DNA of 64,000 nucleotides, taken from Candidatus Poribacteria bacterium (lineage in GTDB: Bacteria; Poribacteria; WGA-4E; WGA-3G). This document shows, piece by piece, positions 49,786-61,510 of the stretch. The notes under the pieces were generated by a model. That model saw only the letters and a list, made by a program, of their open reading frames with translations, did not search any database and had not been told where the DNA came from. Numbering within the stretch: the first letter of the stretch is position 1; each line of letters begins with the position of its first letter. Position numbers and translations under genes: made by a program. The DNA is taken from positions 384,001 through 448,000 of the forward strand of contig CBDBFU010000014.1 in the NCBI GenBank assembly GCA_965205025.1, given 5' to 3'.

Positions 49786-50244
49786 TTATTCCGGACTTCC
49801 CGGTGGTGTTATAGTTCCTTTAGTATCTTCTTCGGTTGTATCAGTTGTTTCTTCTTCAGTTGTTTCTTCTTCGGTTGATTCGTCAATCGTGTCCGTTAAT
49901 GTTCCTTTAGAATCTTCTGCCTCTTCCTCCTGATCTGCCGGTGTTGCTTCTTGGGTCTGTTCAGTTTTTTCCTCTTCCAAAGGCGTAAGTGATCCATCTA
50001 TTGATTCCCCATAAAACCGCATTAGAAACAGTGATATAACCATAAAACCAATAGCAACCCAAGTTGTCAATTTACTTAAAAAAGATGCTGCACCATGACC
50101 ACCTAAAACCGATTCCATTCCTGATCCACCAAATGCACTTGATGATAACCCCTCACCCTTACTGTCTTGTAAAAGTATAATAAGTGTAAGGACAACACAT
50201 ACAGGTACAAAGATGATTACGACTAATGTTACTATGACTCCCAT
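49786..50244 (-). CDS. secG: Preprotein translocase subunit SecG
   Basis: IILLQDSKGEGLSS.AFGG..FLSKLT; follows tpiA; acidic tail. Confidence 0.9.
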   Translation of the reverse strand: MGVIVTLVVIIFVPVCVVLTLIILLQDSKGEGLSSSAFGGSGMESVLGGHGAASFLSKLTTWVAIGFMVISLFLMRFYGESIDGSLTPLEEEKTEQTQEATPADQEEEAEDSKGTLTDTIDESTEEETTEEETTDTTEEDTKGTITPPGSPE

Positions 50245-50279
50245 TTTTTTCCTCTCTAATTTCTAATAAGTAATATAAA

Positions 50280-51041
50280 CTATCTTGATTGTTTGATGAT
50301 TTCAGCAAATGACTCTGCATTAAGACTGGCACCACCTACAAGTGCACCGTCTACATCTTGTTGTGACATTAATTCTGCAGCATTTTCAGGTTTTACACTA
50401 CCACCGTACTGAATTCTTATTTGCGAAGCAAGTCTATCTGAATAGCACTCTTTCAGGATATTCCGTATAAAACTATGCACTTCTTGTGCTTGATCTGGTG
50501 TGGCAGTTTTACCTGTCCCTATTGCCCAGACAGGTTCATAAGCAATGACGCAGGATTCCATTTCAGATTCGGTTAGGTCTACAATTCCACCTTTAACATG
50601 ATCATCTATTACAGATTCTGTCTTTCCTGCTTCTCTTTCTTCAAGGAGTTCACCGACACAGATAATAGGTTTTAATTCATGTGATAGAGCAGCTTTTACT
50701 TTCTGATTCACAGTTTCATTTGTTTCACCAAAGTACTGTCGTCTTTCAGAATGTCCGATGATAACATAATCACAACCGACATCCTTTAGCATCGGTGCGG
50801 AGACTTCCCCTGTAAATGCACCACTATCTTCCCAGTATAGATCTTGGGCAGCTAATTGAATGTTACTCTCTTCTATTACATTATATATATTGGATAGTGC
50901 TGTAAAAACTGGTGCTACTACTATCTCAACATCGGAAATGTCATCAACTAATTTTGCTAAATCAGTTGTAAGTGAAACTGCCTCTGAAACTGTCTTATTA
51001 AGTTTCCAATTACCTGCTATGATTGGGGTTCGCATATTCAT
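50280..51041 (-). CDS. tpiA: Triosephosphate isomerase
   Basis: IAGNWK, GHSERR, AYEPVWAIGTG, YGGSV, DGALVGGASL. Confidence 0.98.
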   Translation of the reverse strand: MNMRTPIIAGNWKLNKTVSEAVSLTTDLAKLVDDISDVEIVVAPVFTALSNIYNVIEESNIQLAAQDLYWEDSGAFTGEVSAPMLKDVGCDYVIIGHSERRQYFGETNETVNQKVKAALSHELKPIICVGELLEEREAGKTESVIDDHVKGGIVDLTESEMESCVIAYEPVWAIGTGKTATPDQAQEVHSFIRNILKECYSDRLASQIRIQYGGSVKPENAAELMSQQDVDGALVGGASLNAESFAEIIKQSR

Positions 51042-51046
51042 CCCTA

Positions 51047-52060
<1,014 letters not shown>

Positions 52061-52284
52061 TTATTCCTCAATTCATTTACCCGATAGAGCGTTTATATAA
52101 TATCTTCCAATTATTCGAATAAGCTAAAATCCTATTAATATACGGTCAGAAGTGGTTGCTCTTGAGGTAAGGAGTAAGCTGTAGAATTTTAACCAAAATT
52201 ATCTGCTAATATTATTAATTTATTATACGATTCCGATATTATTATACCTTATTTCATCCAAAATTGCAAGTATAGAGATCGCGC

Positions 52285-52810
52285 AGGGTGTGTAAACTTT
52301 TTGTCACTTTACAACAATGTTTCTTATAAAAACGAATCGTTCATACAGATATAATTCTTCTTCTGTAGGAGGGAACTCCGATTCCCGACTCTAACATTTC
52401 TTCTGTCTGATGTGATTCCAACCCACGACCTTCAAGCTACTGTTCCCACCCCTTGGTAGGTTCGGTTTCCCGGGGAATGCCTTATGGCATTCCCCGGGTT
52501 TACAAACGACACTTTCTGTGGCAGAAGTGCTGCCAACAAGTTCACATGAAAGTGGATTGACCAATTGTATTGTATCAAATATATCCGCTCTCTGCTTCTT
52601 CGGGGGATTTAGGAGAATAGGCAGGTTTGCGACCACGACCGAGTTTATAGAATAAACCTTCGTTTTTTATGTGTTTTTACACAAAAAGGTGGGAATTGTT
52701 AAAAGAAAAGGTGGGAGGCATGACAGTCCACTTTTGAAGATTAACTATTTAATTCAAGGGGTTGGAACAGGATTTTGAAGGATCGAGGATCGGAATCCGT
52801 TCCTACAGAA
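52285..52810. repeat. Intergenic cluster of REP/MITE-derived palindromes
   Basis: CAGGGTGTGTAAAC (like the left end at 2828), inverted GTAGGA../..TCCTAC pair with TCTTCT/AGAAGA flanks, and palindrome CCCGGGGAATGCC..GGCATTCCCCGGG (related to about 4902-4927). Confidence 0.6.
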
Positions 52811-52824
52811 GAGAAGATCGGGAT

Positions 52825-54612
52825 CTATATTCTGAAGATTTCGCCTAATTTACTTCCGAGTACGCGTCCTGCACCTAAGAGACAACCTATCAGAATTAAC
52901 ATACCGACAACACCTAAGGCACTGGCTATATAAGGACCATCGCCAAGGCGTTGGGAGAGCGACCAGATTGCTTTTGTGATTGGATAGTACTGGTTCTCTT
53001 GTGCTAATATCAGACTATCACTGACTTCAAGCATAGAAAATGAGAAGACAAGGATTGCACCAGCAAGGATATTGGCGAATACTAAGGGTAATGTGATTTT
53101 GTATAATGTGCGTACTGGGGTTGCTCCCATATTCTGTGATGCTTCTTCGTAGGCGATACTGGTCTGTTGAAATCCAGCATATATTGAACGTAACATATAC
53201 GGCAATCGACGGACGGCATAACTGATGATCAATAATATAGTAGGATTTTTCCGCGGATCTATAATGTTTATCAATTCTACGGGTAGATTACGTAGAAGAA
53301 ATGAAGTGTCTGAAAAACTTCCCATATAACCAAAGGCGATAGCAACACCGGGTAACGCCAACGGTAGCATTGCTATAGCATCTAATAGGTTTTGGAAGGG
53401 TAAGTTCTTACGAGTAAGAAGGTATGCTATCACTACACCTACAATTAGTGCAACAACAGTACTGGATATACTGTACTTTAAACTGTTGAGTATACTCGGT
53501 AATGTATCGGCATGTGTGAATGTTTCACTATAATGTAGAAAGGTATATGTCTTCGGTAATATGGTAAAGTTCCAATCCCCTTCATTCCGTGTTAAAGACG
53601 CTAAAATAACACTGAGATGGGGTAGCAAAGCCATAAAGGTTAGACCACCGATGAAGATGTAGATAATGCTTCGCATACTCCATTTAACATCAACTTCCCT
53701 TGAGGTTACATGTCCACGACCAAGCATTTCATAGTGTTTGGTGCCCGTCCATTTCTTAGAAGCATAGAATGCAAAAGCCGTCAGTACAATAATTAGGACC
53801 ACAAGTGCATATCCCATTGGATTTTGGTTTGCATCTTGTACTTGTCTGAATATTCTGACGGCAATAACATCGTTATAATTAAATATAAGGGGTGTTCCAA
53901 GGTCTGTAAATGACCAGATAAAAACCAATATTGCCCCAGCGAAGTATCCCGGCATCATTAAAGGCAATGTAATATTACGGAAGATTTGAAGCCGTGAGGA
54001 TCCAAGGTTTTCTGCTGCTTCCTCCAGGCTTGGGTCTACATTGGATAAGGCTGCAACGATATTTAGATACATAATTGGGTATAGGTGGAGTGTGGATAAC
54101 AGGACAACACCCCAAAACCCACTCCCAAACCAGTTAATCGGGTCAGCATCCGGACTTAGTATGTGTAATTTTTGTAGAAGCAGGTTGACACTACCGTAAT
54201 TTCCGAAGAATTTCATCATACCCAATGCGCCTACAAACGGTGGCATAATCATGGGTATTAGGATGACGGATCGGAATATATTTCGACCTGGGAATCTGTA
54301 ACGTGTGAGGAAGTATGCAAGCGGTAGACTTAGGATGCTGGTCATTATCGTAACCATGACACCTAAATAGAAGCTATTAACAACCAATTTCCGTATGTTG
54401 GGATCGGTTATCATTAGTTTGAAATAGTGTAGATTGAATGTGTTTTCTATCCAGAATGCTTCTTTGAAAACATAGAGGAGGGGATAGATGAGGAATACGA
54501 GAAAAAATAGAATAGTAAGACTAAGGATTATGATAATTGGCGGGGTTAGATCGTATTTTCGTCTTATCTGCTCAAAGAATGAATGATTCATATAGGTCTG
54601 CTCAATTTCCAA
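52825..54612 (-). CDS. Iron(III)/thiamine-type ABC transporter permease (two BPD domains)
   Basis: Two EAA loops (LEEAAENLG, YEEASQNMGA), PPFVGA, DLGTP. Confidence 0.88.
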   Translation of the reverse strand: MEIEQTYMNHSFFEQIRRKYDLTPPIIIILSLTILFFLVFLIYPLLYVFKEAFWIENTFNLHYFKLMITDPNIRKLVVNSFYLGVMVTIMTSILSLPLAYFLTRYRFPGRNIFRSVILIPMIMPPFVGALGMMKFFGNYGSVNLLLQKLHILSPDADPINWFGSGFWGVVLLSTLHLYPIMYLNIVAALSNVDPSLEEAAENLGSSRLQIFRNITLPLMMPGYFAGAILVFIWSFTDLGTPLIFNYNDVIAVRIFRQVQDANQNPMGYALVVLIIVLTAFAFYASKKWTGTKHYEMLGRGHVTSREVDVKWSMRSIIYIFIGGLTFMALLPHLSVILASLTRNEGDWNFTILPKTYTFLHYSETFTHADTLPSILNSLKYSISSTVVALIVGVVIAYLLTRKNLPFQNLLDAIAMLPLALPGVAIAFGYMGSFSDTSFLLRNLPVELINIIDPRKNPTILLIISYAVRRLPYMLRSIYAGFQQTSIAYEEASQNMGATPVRTLYKITLPLVFANILAGAILVFSFSMLEVSDSLILAQENQYYPITKAIWSLSQRLGDGPYIASALGVVGMLILIGCLLGAGRVLGSKLGEIFRI

Positions 54613-54889
54613 TCGACACTTAACAATTTTGCATTTATAGAAGGTATATATGTGTATGTAATTATACCTTGTATTGTTCAGAAATGCATCTGTTTAATGA
54701 ATAGAGACAGACAGATATTTTAGAGCATATCTCATTATAGTTGTTAGTTATTAGTTGTTAGTTTATAGTTGAGGATATCTCATAGATTATCTATTTGGAT
54801 GGATTTTGTTCAGCTCTTGTCCTAAAAAACGCTGTTTCTACGGTGTTCAATAGCACATAGTGTTGAGATGCATTCGATATACACTCTTA

Positions 54890-57800
54890 CTAATTATCTG
54901 CTACATCGTTAATTTGCAAATCTTCTACTGGTGTCCCATCAGTTTCGGTAACCCGCAAATAGAATCCCCAACTCATTCGCTCATTGCAAACCTTTACGAG
55001 GACGGTATTCTTGCCTGCCTTGAGCGTGACGGGAATAGTGTTTTTATCAAGTATGGCTGTTTGAGCGTTGGGATCTGTGAATATCTCTGCGCCATTTAGC
55101 CATATTTTTGATTGGTCATCACTACAAAATCGGAACAACGCTTCTCGCTCGTTAGGAGAGGTTACGGTTGCCATTGCATAAGAAACACGCCAATCAATGT
55201 CCTCACCGAAGTCAATAAAACCGTTAAAAGCATCATCGGTAAATTTTTTCCAACTTATTTGTCCATCAATGCCTTCATATTTCTTATTTAGATCAATTTG
55301 CGTTGTGTCTTCGGGGATGTATTTCGTATTGTATCCGATTCCAACCGTGTTATCAAATGGACCGAGTATCCACCATGCATTTTCATCAATCATACCTGTT
55401 TGTCTCATCTGTTCCATTGCCTTTTCCGGCATGTTGTTTTTATTGTAGTATTCCGCTAATCCGAGATTTACATTTACGTGGAAGGTCGGTTTGGGAGGTG
55501 GTGCGTTCAACATCTCATCAGCGTTAATGAATTTCAAATCATTAAACGGATTGCCATCTGCGTCTGTAAGTCGCATAAAAAAGTACGTGTATATACTTGC
55601 ATTGCATACCTTGACGAGAATAGTGTTTTCTCCTTTTTGCAGGGTAGCAGGAAAGTTGTAGCGGTCAACTTGTGCCCCACTCATTCTATCATGCTTAAAT
55701 ACCCCTTTTCCGTTTAACCAGACTATTCCTTGGTCATCGCTGTCAAATCGGATAGTAATATCGCGTTCATCAGGTGAAGAGACAATTGCCGATGCGTATG
55801 TTGCAGTCCAATCTATGTCTTCACCGAGCCAGATCATTCCATTTACTGTGTTGTCCTCCGGTTTTTGCCAATGAATGAGTTTATCTTTTCCATAATACTT
55901 TGCAGTTGTGTCAATTTGTGTGTTGTCCTCTGGGATATAAGCGGTATAGATGCCAACATTATCTTTATTGTCAAATGGACCTAAGGTTATCCATGCAGTT
56001 TCTGGAACAAAACCGGTTCTTAATAGATAGTTTTCCGCCTTCTTAGGCATCCCATTTTCTGCATAAGATTCAGCGATGATACGATGAATATTTGCGTGAG
56101 CATTTAAACTCTCTGCAGGAATGGAATTTATCAGTTCATTTAGTATTTGAATGAAACGTTCTTTGTCGTTTGCATTCTTACTTGCTGCAGCGATTTCCTC
56201 CCAAAACATATCCGAATAATGTTCATTAGGTATAAAGCTTAACGCATGTTTGAAGTGTTTTAGTGCCTCATCATAGAGTCCATTAGCGATACAAGCACGT
56301 CCAAGGGTTGTGGGATATGGAGAATAATATGAGTATGTATATTTGAAGAATGCACGTTTCGCGAAATTTAGTGCTGTTTCTGGATAAAGTCCTTTGTCAA
56401 GAAGTTTATCAGCAAAATTACGATAATTGGATGTATTCTGTGCACTGTTAACTGCTTTTTGCCGTATTTTCAACCACTGATCATAAGCGAGTTCCGCTTT
56501 ATCGGGATCACCTGTTTTTGTGTAGATGTCCCCTAAAAGTTCGTGCAGGACAGCACTATTATCCATTTTTGGGAATTTTTGATGTATCTCTTCAAGGATA
56601 GCAATGTGTTTGTCTTCTTGTCCTTCGCCATCGTAAAGTCCAATAATAGCGCGAACAGCAGAATCATATTCATTTTGTTTTAGAGTAGCAGCTAATGCGC
56701 GACGATACGATGCCTCCGCTTGTGAAGTCTGTTCGGTTTTAATATAGGTTTGTGCTAATAGGTCGTAGAGTTGGTATGAAGTCGGATCAAGTTCAATTGC
56801 TTTTTCATAAGCAGCTATTGACTTCGCCAATTGTTCGGGTATTGATTTTTCAGACGTAGTGCCTGTTTCACGGCTCTCTTGCGGTAGATTTTGATAAAGG
56901 TCACCAAGTTTTTTGTGCCACTGTGCGTTTTCTGACTCAAGTGCGGTAAGTCTTTCGTATTGCGTCACCGCTTCTTTAATTTTATCAAAGGCTTCATAAC
57001 TTTCAGCAAGTTTCAAGATACGTTTGGTATCGTTGGGATTCTGTTCCACTAATTTAAGCTGTTCCGGTATCCATTTTTCATAAAGATTACCGGATTTCGC
57101 TGCATCGTTCATTCCAGTTTCCGCTCTATTCCGTGCGTAACTATCGTCAGCATTTTTTGCCATCTGTTGATATACATTAAAAGCGTCTTCATACCGTTTG
57201 GCGGAGAGGTTGCTTTTGGCAAGAATTTCATACAAGTACTTTAGTTCCCAATTGTCATCGGAATTTTCTGCTTGAGTGACAGCATTATCAGCGAGTTTAA
57301 TAGCCGATTCATACATTTCATTATCAAGACATATAGTGGCAAGTGCCCCAAAGAATGACGAGTCCTGTTTATTTTTGATGGATGCAAAAGCGATGTCGGC
57401 TTGGTTCAGGACTGTTTTCACCATATCAGGCTGGTTATTTCTATGAAAGGCAGCAGCAGCGTGATAAAAACTGCGAATATTCCTACGATCCATCGGTTCA
57501 GTTTTACTAAGTAAGTGATATGTTTCGGCAGCTTTCTGGTAATCATTGGTATCCCAATAAATTTCAGCGAGCAGTTCAAGGACGGCAGGATTTGTAGCAT
57601 CCTTTTCAAATTTACCTTCGAAAAGGGTTGTCAATACATCAAGCTGCCCTTGATTTTTATAGACATTTATCAAGGTTTTGCGTGTCTCATCACCGTCAAA
57701 TCGGACTGTAATACCGTTTGAACTATAAGTCGTTGACCTCAGTATTGATTCTATCTCCTTTGATGTTTCGGTTTCGTAGTAGTCCAATGCCAAGTCTAAC

Positions 57801-58678
57801 CTATCTTGTTTTGAGTAGACATTGAGCAGGTCGTTGGCGATTTCATTTCTCTTATAGGGACTATCGGTCATTTCGAGTGCTTTTTTAAATGCATTAGCAG
57901 CTTTCTGTAATTCCCCGATATTACGAAAGTGTTGGGCGCGTTGTTTTTGCATCTCAAATGTAAGGGCACCTTCATCTTCAGTTTTCTGTAACATCTCTTC
58001 TAAATTTCCTTGATAACGATAAAGGTTGACCAATTGCCGTTCAATCCTTTCTCGATCCCATTCTGATGTTGTGGCTGAGATGGCATTCTTCAATGCTATT
58101 TCAGCAGCATCTATGTCCTCAATAAGGAAATAGTGTTCTGCAAGTCTGAGAAAGATTTCTTTATTGCTATATCCGAATACAGTTGCCATCTTATAGTTCT
58201 CGATGGCTGCAGCTACGTCACCTTCTGCTTCATAAAGTTTTGCGAGTCGTGCGTAATGTATCCCCACTTCGGGATATGTTTGAATATATGACTGCGCGAT
58301 TTCAAGTGCCTCGTTGTGTTGACCAGCAGCTTGTAAACTGTTAACAAGTTCATCTTGATACTTGATGTTTTCAGGTTCAGCTTCAAGCAGTTGGCTGTAG
58401 GTTTGTGCAGCTTTTTCGTGTTGATTTGTACGTGTGTAAAGCGATGCGAGTTGTGTGCGGGATTCATTGTCTTCAGGGGTTGCGATCACAATCCGTTCAT
58501 AGATTTCTATTGCTTCCTCTATTTTGTTTTGTTTCACGAATTCTTGTGCTCTATTGACGAATTCTTGTAAAGGTGTACGATTTTTTTCAGTGTCTTGTGC
58601 CGTAAGTTCTGTTATAAAAGGAACCACTATGATTAACATGAAAACGATTAAAAAGAATATCAATTTTGATCGTGTCAT
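54890..58678 (-). CDS. Large exported TPR protein with two C-terminal beta-sandwich repeats
   Basis: Signal peptide, extensive TPRs, duplicated AW..LGPFDN..YIPED..GEDIDW..SDDQ..WLNG..G.NT.LVKVCN domain. Confidence 0.8.
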   Translation of the reverse strand: MTRSKLIFFLIVFMLIIVVPFITELTAQDTEKNRTPLQEFVNRAQEFVKQNKIEEAIEIYERIVIATPEDNESRTQLASLYTRTNQHEKAAQTYSQLLEAEPENIKYQDELVNSLQAAGQHNEALEIAQSYIQTYPEVGIHYARLAKLYEAEGDVAAAIENYKMATVFGYSNKEIFLRLAEHYFLIEDIDAAEIALKNAISATTSEWDRERIERQLVNLYRYQGNLEEMLQKTEDEGALTFEMQKQRAQHFRNIGELQKAANAFKKALEMTDSPYKRNEIANDLLNVYSKQDRLDLALDYYETETSKEIESILRSTTYSSNGITVRFDGDETRKTLINVYKNQGQLDVLTTLFEGKFEKDATNPAVLELLAEIYWDTNDYQKAAETYHLLSKTEPMDRRNIRSFYHAAAAFHRNNQPDMVKTVLNQADIAFASIKNKQDSSFFGALATICLDNEMYESAIKLADNAVTQAENSDDNWELKYLYEILAKSNLSAKRYEDAFNVYQQMAKNADDSYARNRAETGMNDAAKSGNLYEKWIPEQLKLVEQNPNDTKRILKLAESYEAFDKIKEAVTQYERLTALESENAQWHKKLGDLYQNLPQESRETGTTSEKSIPEQLAKSIAAYEKAIELDPTSYQLYDLLAQTYIKTEQTSQAEASYRRALAATLKQNEYDSAVRAIIGLYDGEGQEDKHIAILEEIHQKFPKMDNSAVLHELLGDIYTKTGDPDKAELAYDQWLKIRQKAVNSAQNTSNYRNFADKLLDKGLYPETALNFAKRAFFKYTYSYYSPYPTTLGRACIANGLYDEALKHFKHALSFIPNEHYSDMFWEEIAAASKNANDKERFIQILNELINSIPAESLNAHANIHRIIAESYAENGMPKKAENYLLRTGFVPETAWITLGPFDNKDNVGIYTAYIPEDNTQIDTTAKYYGKDKLIHWQKPEDNTVNGMIWLGEDIDWTATYASAIVSSPDERDITIRFDSDDQGIVWLNGKGVFKHDRMSGAQVDRYNFPATLQKGENTILVKVCNASIYTYFFMRLTDADGNPFNDLKFINADEMLNAPPPKPTFHVNVNLGLAEYYNKNNMPEKAMEQMRQTGMIDENAWWILGPFDNTVGIGYNTKYIPEDTTQIDLNKKYEGIDGQISWKKFTDDAFNGFIDFGEDIDWRVSYAMATVTSPNEREALFRFCSDDQSKIWLNGAEIFTDPNAQTAILDKNTIPVTLKAGKNTVLVKVCNERMSWGFYLRVTETDGTPVEDLQINDVADN

Positions 58679-58869
58679 TGAGATATAACTTCTATGGATA
58701 AATATTCCGCCACTTCAAGATTCATCCGTTCTATTTCCGCGAGGAAACCGCCTGCGGATAATTCATAATTCCGGGGATTAGTTTCAAACGCTTTGAGTTT
58801 TTCAACTATTTTTTGAAAGTGCTCAATGCGTTTGAGTGTTGTTTTAAGTTCTTGATCATTTTGAATCAT
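58675..58869 (-). CDS. Small hypothetical protein (antitoxin-like)
   Basis: 64 aa beginning MIQNDQELKTTLKRI; stop overlaps the start of the TPR gene. Family assignment is tentative. Confidence 0.5.
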   Translation of the reverse strand: MIQNDQELKTTLKRIEHFQKIVEKLKAFETNPRNYELSAGGFLAEIERMNLEVAEYLSIEVISQ

Positions 58870-59082
58870 TATGAACTACCTCTACTATTACGGACTTGAT
58901 TAACGAGCCAAACATCGTCCCAAGCAAATTTGTCCTGCTTTTCTCTGTTTGCAATACCGTTGATTATTTTCCAAACTATACAATTAATAGATGAAATTGT
59001 CAATATCAATGCAGAGGTTGGTAGGGTTATTTTGTTTTCGTATTTTCTGCTATATTTTTTTACATTTCTATATAAACTACCT

Positions 59083-59169
59083 GTAGGTTGGGTTGAGGAA
59101 CGAAACCTAACATGTAACACTAAGCATACAGGAAATGTTGGGTTTCCCATGTGGTTCAACTCAACCTAC
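59083..59169. repeat. Inverted GTAG-type REP doublet (REPIN-like)
   Basis: GTAGGTTGGGTTGA..GAAACCTAACA and inverted TGTTGGGTTTC..TCAACTCAACCTAC. Confidence 0.75.
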
Positions 59170-59345
59170 GTAATAAACTATCAGTAACACTCATGCTGAT
59201 ATTTCAGATGGTTATAAAGGTATAAAAATAGACATTTAATCCTAATATACAGACAAAAAATAACGTGTAAAAACAGACATTTAATCCTAAATACTCAGAC
59301 AGTGAATTGTGTTGTTGTTGCATTTCTCTATTCACCGAAAAAATG

Positions 59346-59763
59346 AAAAAAGTTACACTTTTTGTCACACGGTGTGACATTGAAGTTGGTGTGAATTACC
59401 CCTGTAAACTCTGTCATAGACTGGCTTGAATCCACTTTGAATTAACTTTATAAGAAATTGAAAAAAATGTGATTTTGTGTTTTTGTTGTGCTTCCTGATT
59501 TTGACATTTCCAACGGTTAAAAAGGTATGCTTTTTTGACGTAAATGAAAGTGCGTAATTAGGATCGTTTTTATAGATAGTCATCTTTTAATTTCCTATGA
59601 ATATGTAGCTTTTAGTTGATGGTTTGTGTTCTAACCTGTAATCTTTTTCCTAACCCCTAATTTTCTTTTTATTTTGACAAATATTATTGATATGCTTTTC
59701 TGTTTTTGTGATTTATGTATGTTAGTTGTTAGATATGGGTGTTTTCTTCATTTTTTTAATTAA
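59346..59763 (-). repeat. Diverged inverted copy of the AT-rich segment at about 3289-4131
   Basis: Reverse complement shares TTAAAAAAA.TGAAGAAAA, TCTAACAACTAAC, TATTTGTCAAAAT and TCAATGTCACACC(A/G)TGTGACAAAAAGTGTAACTTT. Confidence 0.75.
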
Positions 59764-60056
59764 AAATGTGAGAACAACATTTCTTGTTAAAATCGTGGAT
59801 TATTGGCTCATGTGTTATTATGTTGTATTTTATGTTTGCGAATATAGGATGTTGACGTGCTTGTAGGTTATGCCGGTGAGATGCTCTTAAAATCCGGGTA
59901 AATCTGTGTCATCTGCGTAATCCGCGATTCAGACACTTTTTTTTTATGGTCATGGAGGGGTAAGCATTTCGGAGATGTTTTCTATTAATTTAACTTAAGG
60001 TTCCTTCCGCTCAAAGTCAGCAGTGCTTTATTTTTACAATTGAATGGATTCGTACT

Positions 60057-60653
60057 TTAGGGTAAATGGCTCCCACTGCCGGTTTGGGACCAGAAGTCTT
60101 CGGCGGTCTGTTGATGGTTCTGACTTAGCCACTGATGAATCCGCCTAAGAATGCGTGGCAACCCTTTTTGTGGCAAGTTTTTTGATTCCCAACTTGCCAT
60201 CTGCCTCCGTAGCGAAACATCAATCGGGTTTTCAACTGAAATATCTACTTGATGGCAGGTTTGTATCAGTTTTCGGTCATCTGTTGCTAAGACGTTAGCG
60301 CTTTGTGTGCGCGTTGCCTGTAAAAGTACAGCGTCCGTAATATCAATTTCCAATGTATCAGCAATCTGCATTGACGTGAGAGTTATCGGTAGGTCTATCT
60401 CAATAATTTTAATCGGACCGGCGGAAAATTTGGAAAGTTGTTGTGAGACAAGGTTAACATCTATATCATAGACCTTTGTGAGTATTGCTTTTACCTCCAA
60501 CAATGTAAGGGTTGTCGTGAACCAACCAGCGTGTTCTCGGATAAATGCCTCACATGCAGCAGATGCGGGGTGGTTATCAAGCAGTGAATAGACAATCAAC
60601 ATAGCGTCTAATCCGCGCGGTGCGAATTGATCAGAAGATAAGGTCATCACCAC
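60057..60653 (-). CDS. PIN-domain (VapC-like) toxin with C-terminal extension
   Basis: GLDAML, TLLEV, ITDAVL, LATDDRKL acidic residues typical of PIN; overlaps the upstream antitoxin gene. Confidence 0.75.
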   Translation of the reverse strand: MVMTLSSDQFAPRGLDAMLIVYSLLDNHPASAACEAFIREHAGWFTTTLTLLEVKAILTKVYDIDVNLVSQQLSKFSAGPIKIIEIDLPITLTSMQIADTLEIDITDAVLLQATRTQSANVLATDDRKLIQTCHQVDISVENPIDVSLRRQMASWESKNLPQKGLPRILRRIHQWLSQNHQQTAEDFWSQTGSGSHLP

Positions 60654-60859
60654 TTACCCTCGGACAAGTCTAATGCCGAAGGAGTTTCCATTTTCAGTTT
60701 TTTGGCATAAATATCGTCCCACGTCTGTGTAGTGGAAGGACGGATTAATATGCCATCGTCTGTTCTTTCGATCACGACACCCGATTCCAACCCCAATTCT
60801 TTCACCCAGTCAAGGGGTAATTTGATTTTATGATCGGTTTCTAACGAAAGTGTTTTCAT
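60647..60859 (-). CDS. AbrB/MazE-type antitoxin
   Basis: KIKLPLDWVKELGL..GVVIERTDDGILIRP. Confidence 0.75.
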   Translation of the reverse strand: MKTLSLETDHKIKLPLDWVKELGLESGVVIERTDDGILIRPSTTQTWDDIYAKKLKMETPSALDLSEGKW

Positions 60860-61016
60860 TGTATCTACCTCTTCCTATAAGCAATTAGAGATAGTATATC
60901 ACGACTTGCTGTGAATTATCAATTGTACTTGCCTTTTGCGTCTGCGTTATGGAAGTCTGCGAAAACACTTGATTTGTTGATCCTCATAATGTTAGTGTGT
61001 TTTGTAAGTCCACCCG

Positions 61017-61508
61017 CTAATCTGCCTCACCTGCATCTTGAAGTGCGTTTTTGATGAGCAACTCGCTCAGGTGCATTCCGTTATCCTGTAACTGAATTAA
61101 AAGCGGCTTGATGACTTCAATTAAGCCTTTTTCCTTTGCCTCAAGTAAAACGCCTACTGTGCCTTTAGTCATTATTCTGATTTTTTTCGCCTTCTGTCTT
61201 CCCCTCTTTTCATCAAGAAGAACGAGCCGTGCGTCATGTTCATTAGCAAGAGCCAATGCCTCGGCTTCACCATCATCAAGTTCCGTATGAACTGCAGCGG
61301 TTCGCGGATCCGTTAAATCAATAGTCTTAATCCAGGGGGCATTTTCGAGTGCCTCTCGGCGGACTATTGGATCCTTTTTGAGAAACTCCTTTTCAACTTT
61401 TCTTGGAATCCACACCTCTGTATAAAGATCCCGCAACAGAGAAAGTAGGTTGAGGCCTAAGAGTCCAACAAGCGGACTGTTATTGCTAATAACTGGCTGT
61501 GTTGGCAT
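61017..61508 (-). CDS. DUF3368 family PIN-like toxin
   Basis: VISNNSPL..L.LLRDLY..VWIP..V..E, LDDGEAEALALA, LLDEKRGR..A, GTVGVLL.AK..GLI. Confidence 0.88.
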   Translation of the reverse strand: MPTQPVISNNSPLVGLLGLNLLSLLRDLYTEVWIPRKVEKEFLKKDPIVRREALENAPWIKTIDLTDPRTAAVHTELDDGEAEALALANEHDARLVLLDEKRGRQKAKKIRIMTKGTVGVLLEAKEKGLIEVIKPLLIQLQDNGMHLSELLIKNALQDAGEAD

Positions 61509-61510
61509 TC

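Noticed and set aside
52391-52636. 81-aa ORF
   Set aside because: Composed largely of REP/MITE palindromes; probably non-coding.
58869-59159. 96-aa ORF
   Set aside because: The N-terminus is read through the GTAG REP doublet; at most a gene fragment that I could not identify.
59223-59292. Two TAAAAA.AGACATTTAATCCTAA repeats 45 bp apart as a mini-CRISPR or iterons
   Set aside because: Only two copies, non-palindromic, no associated genes.
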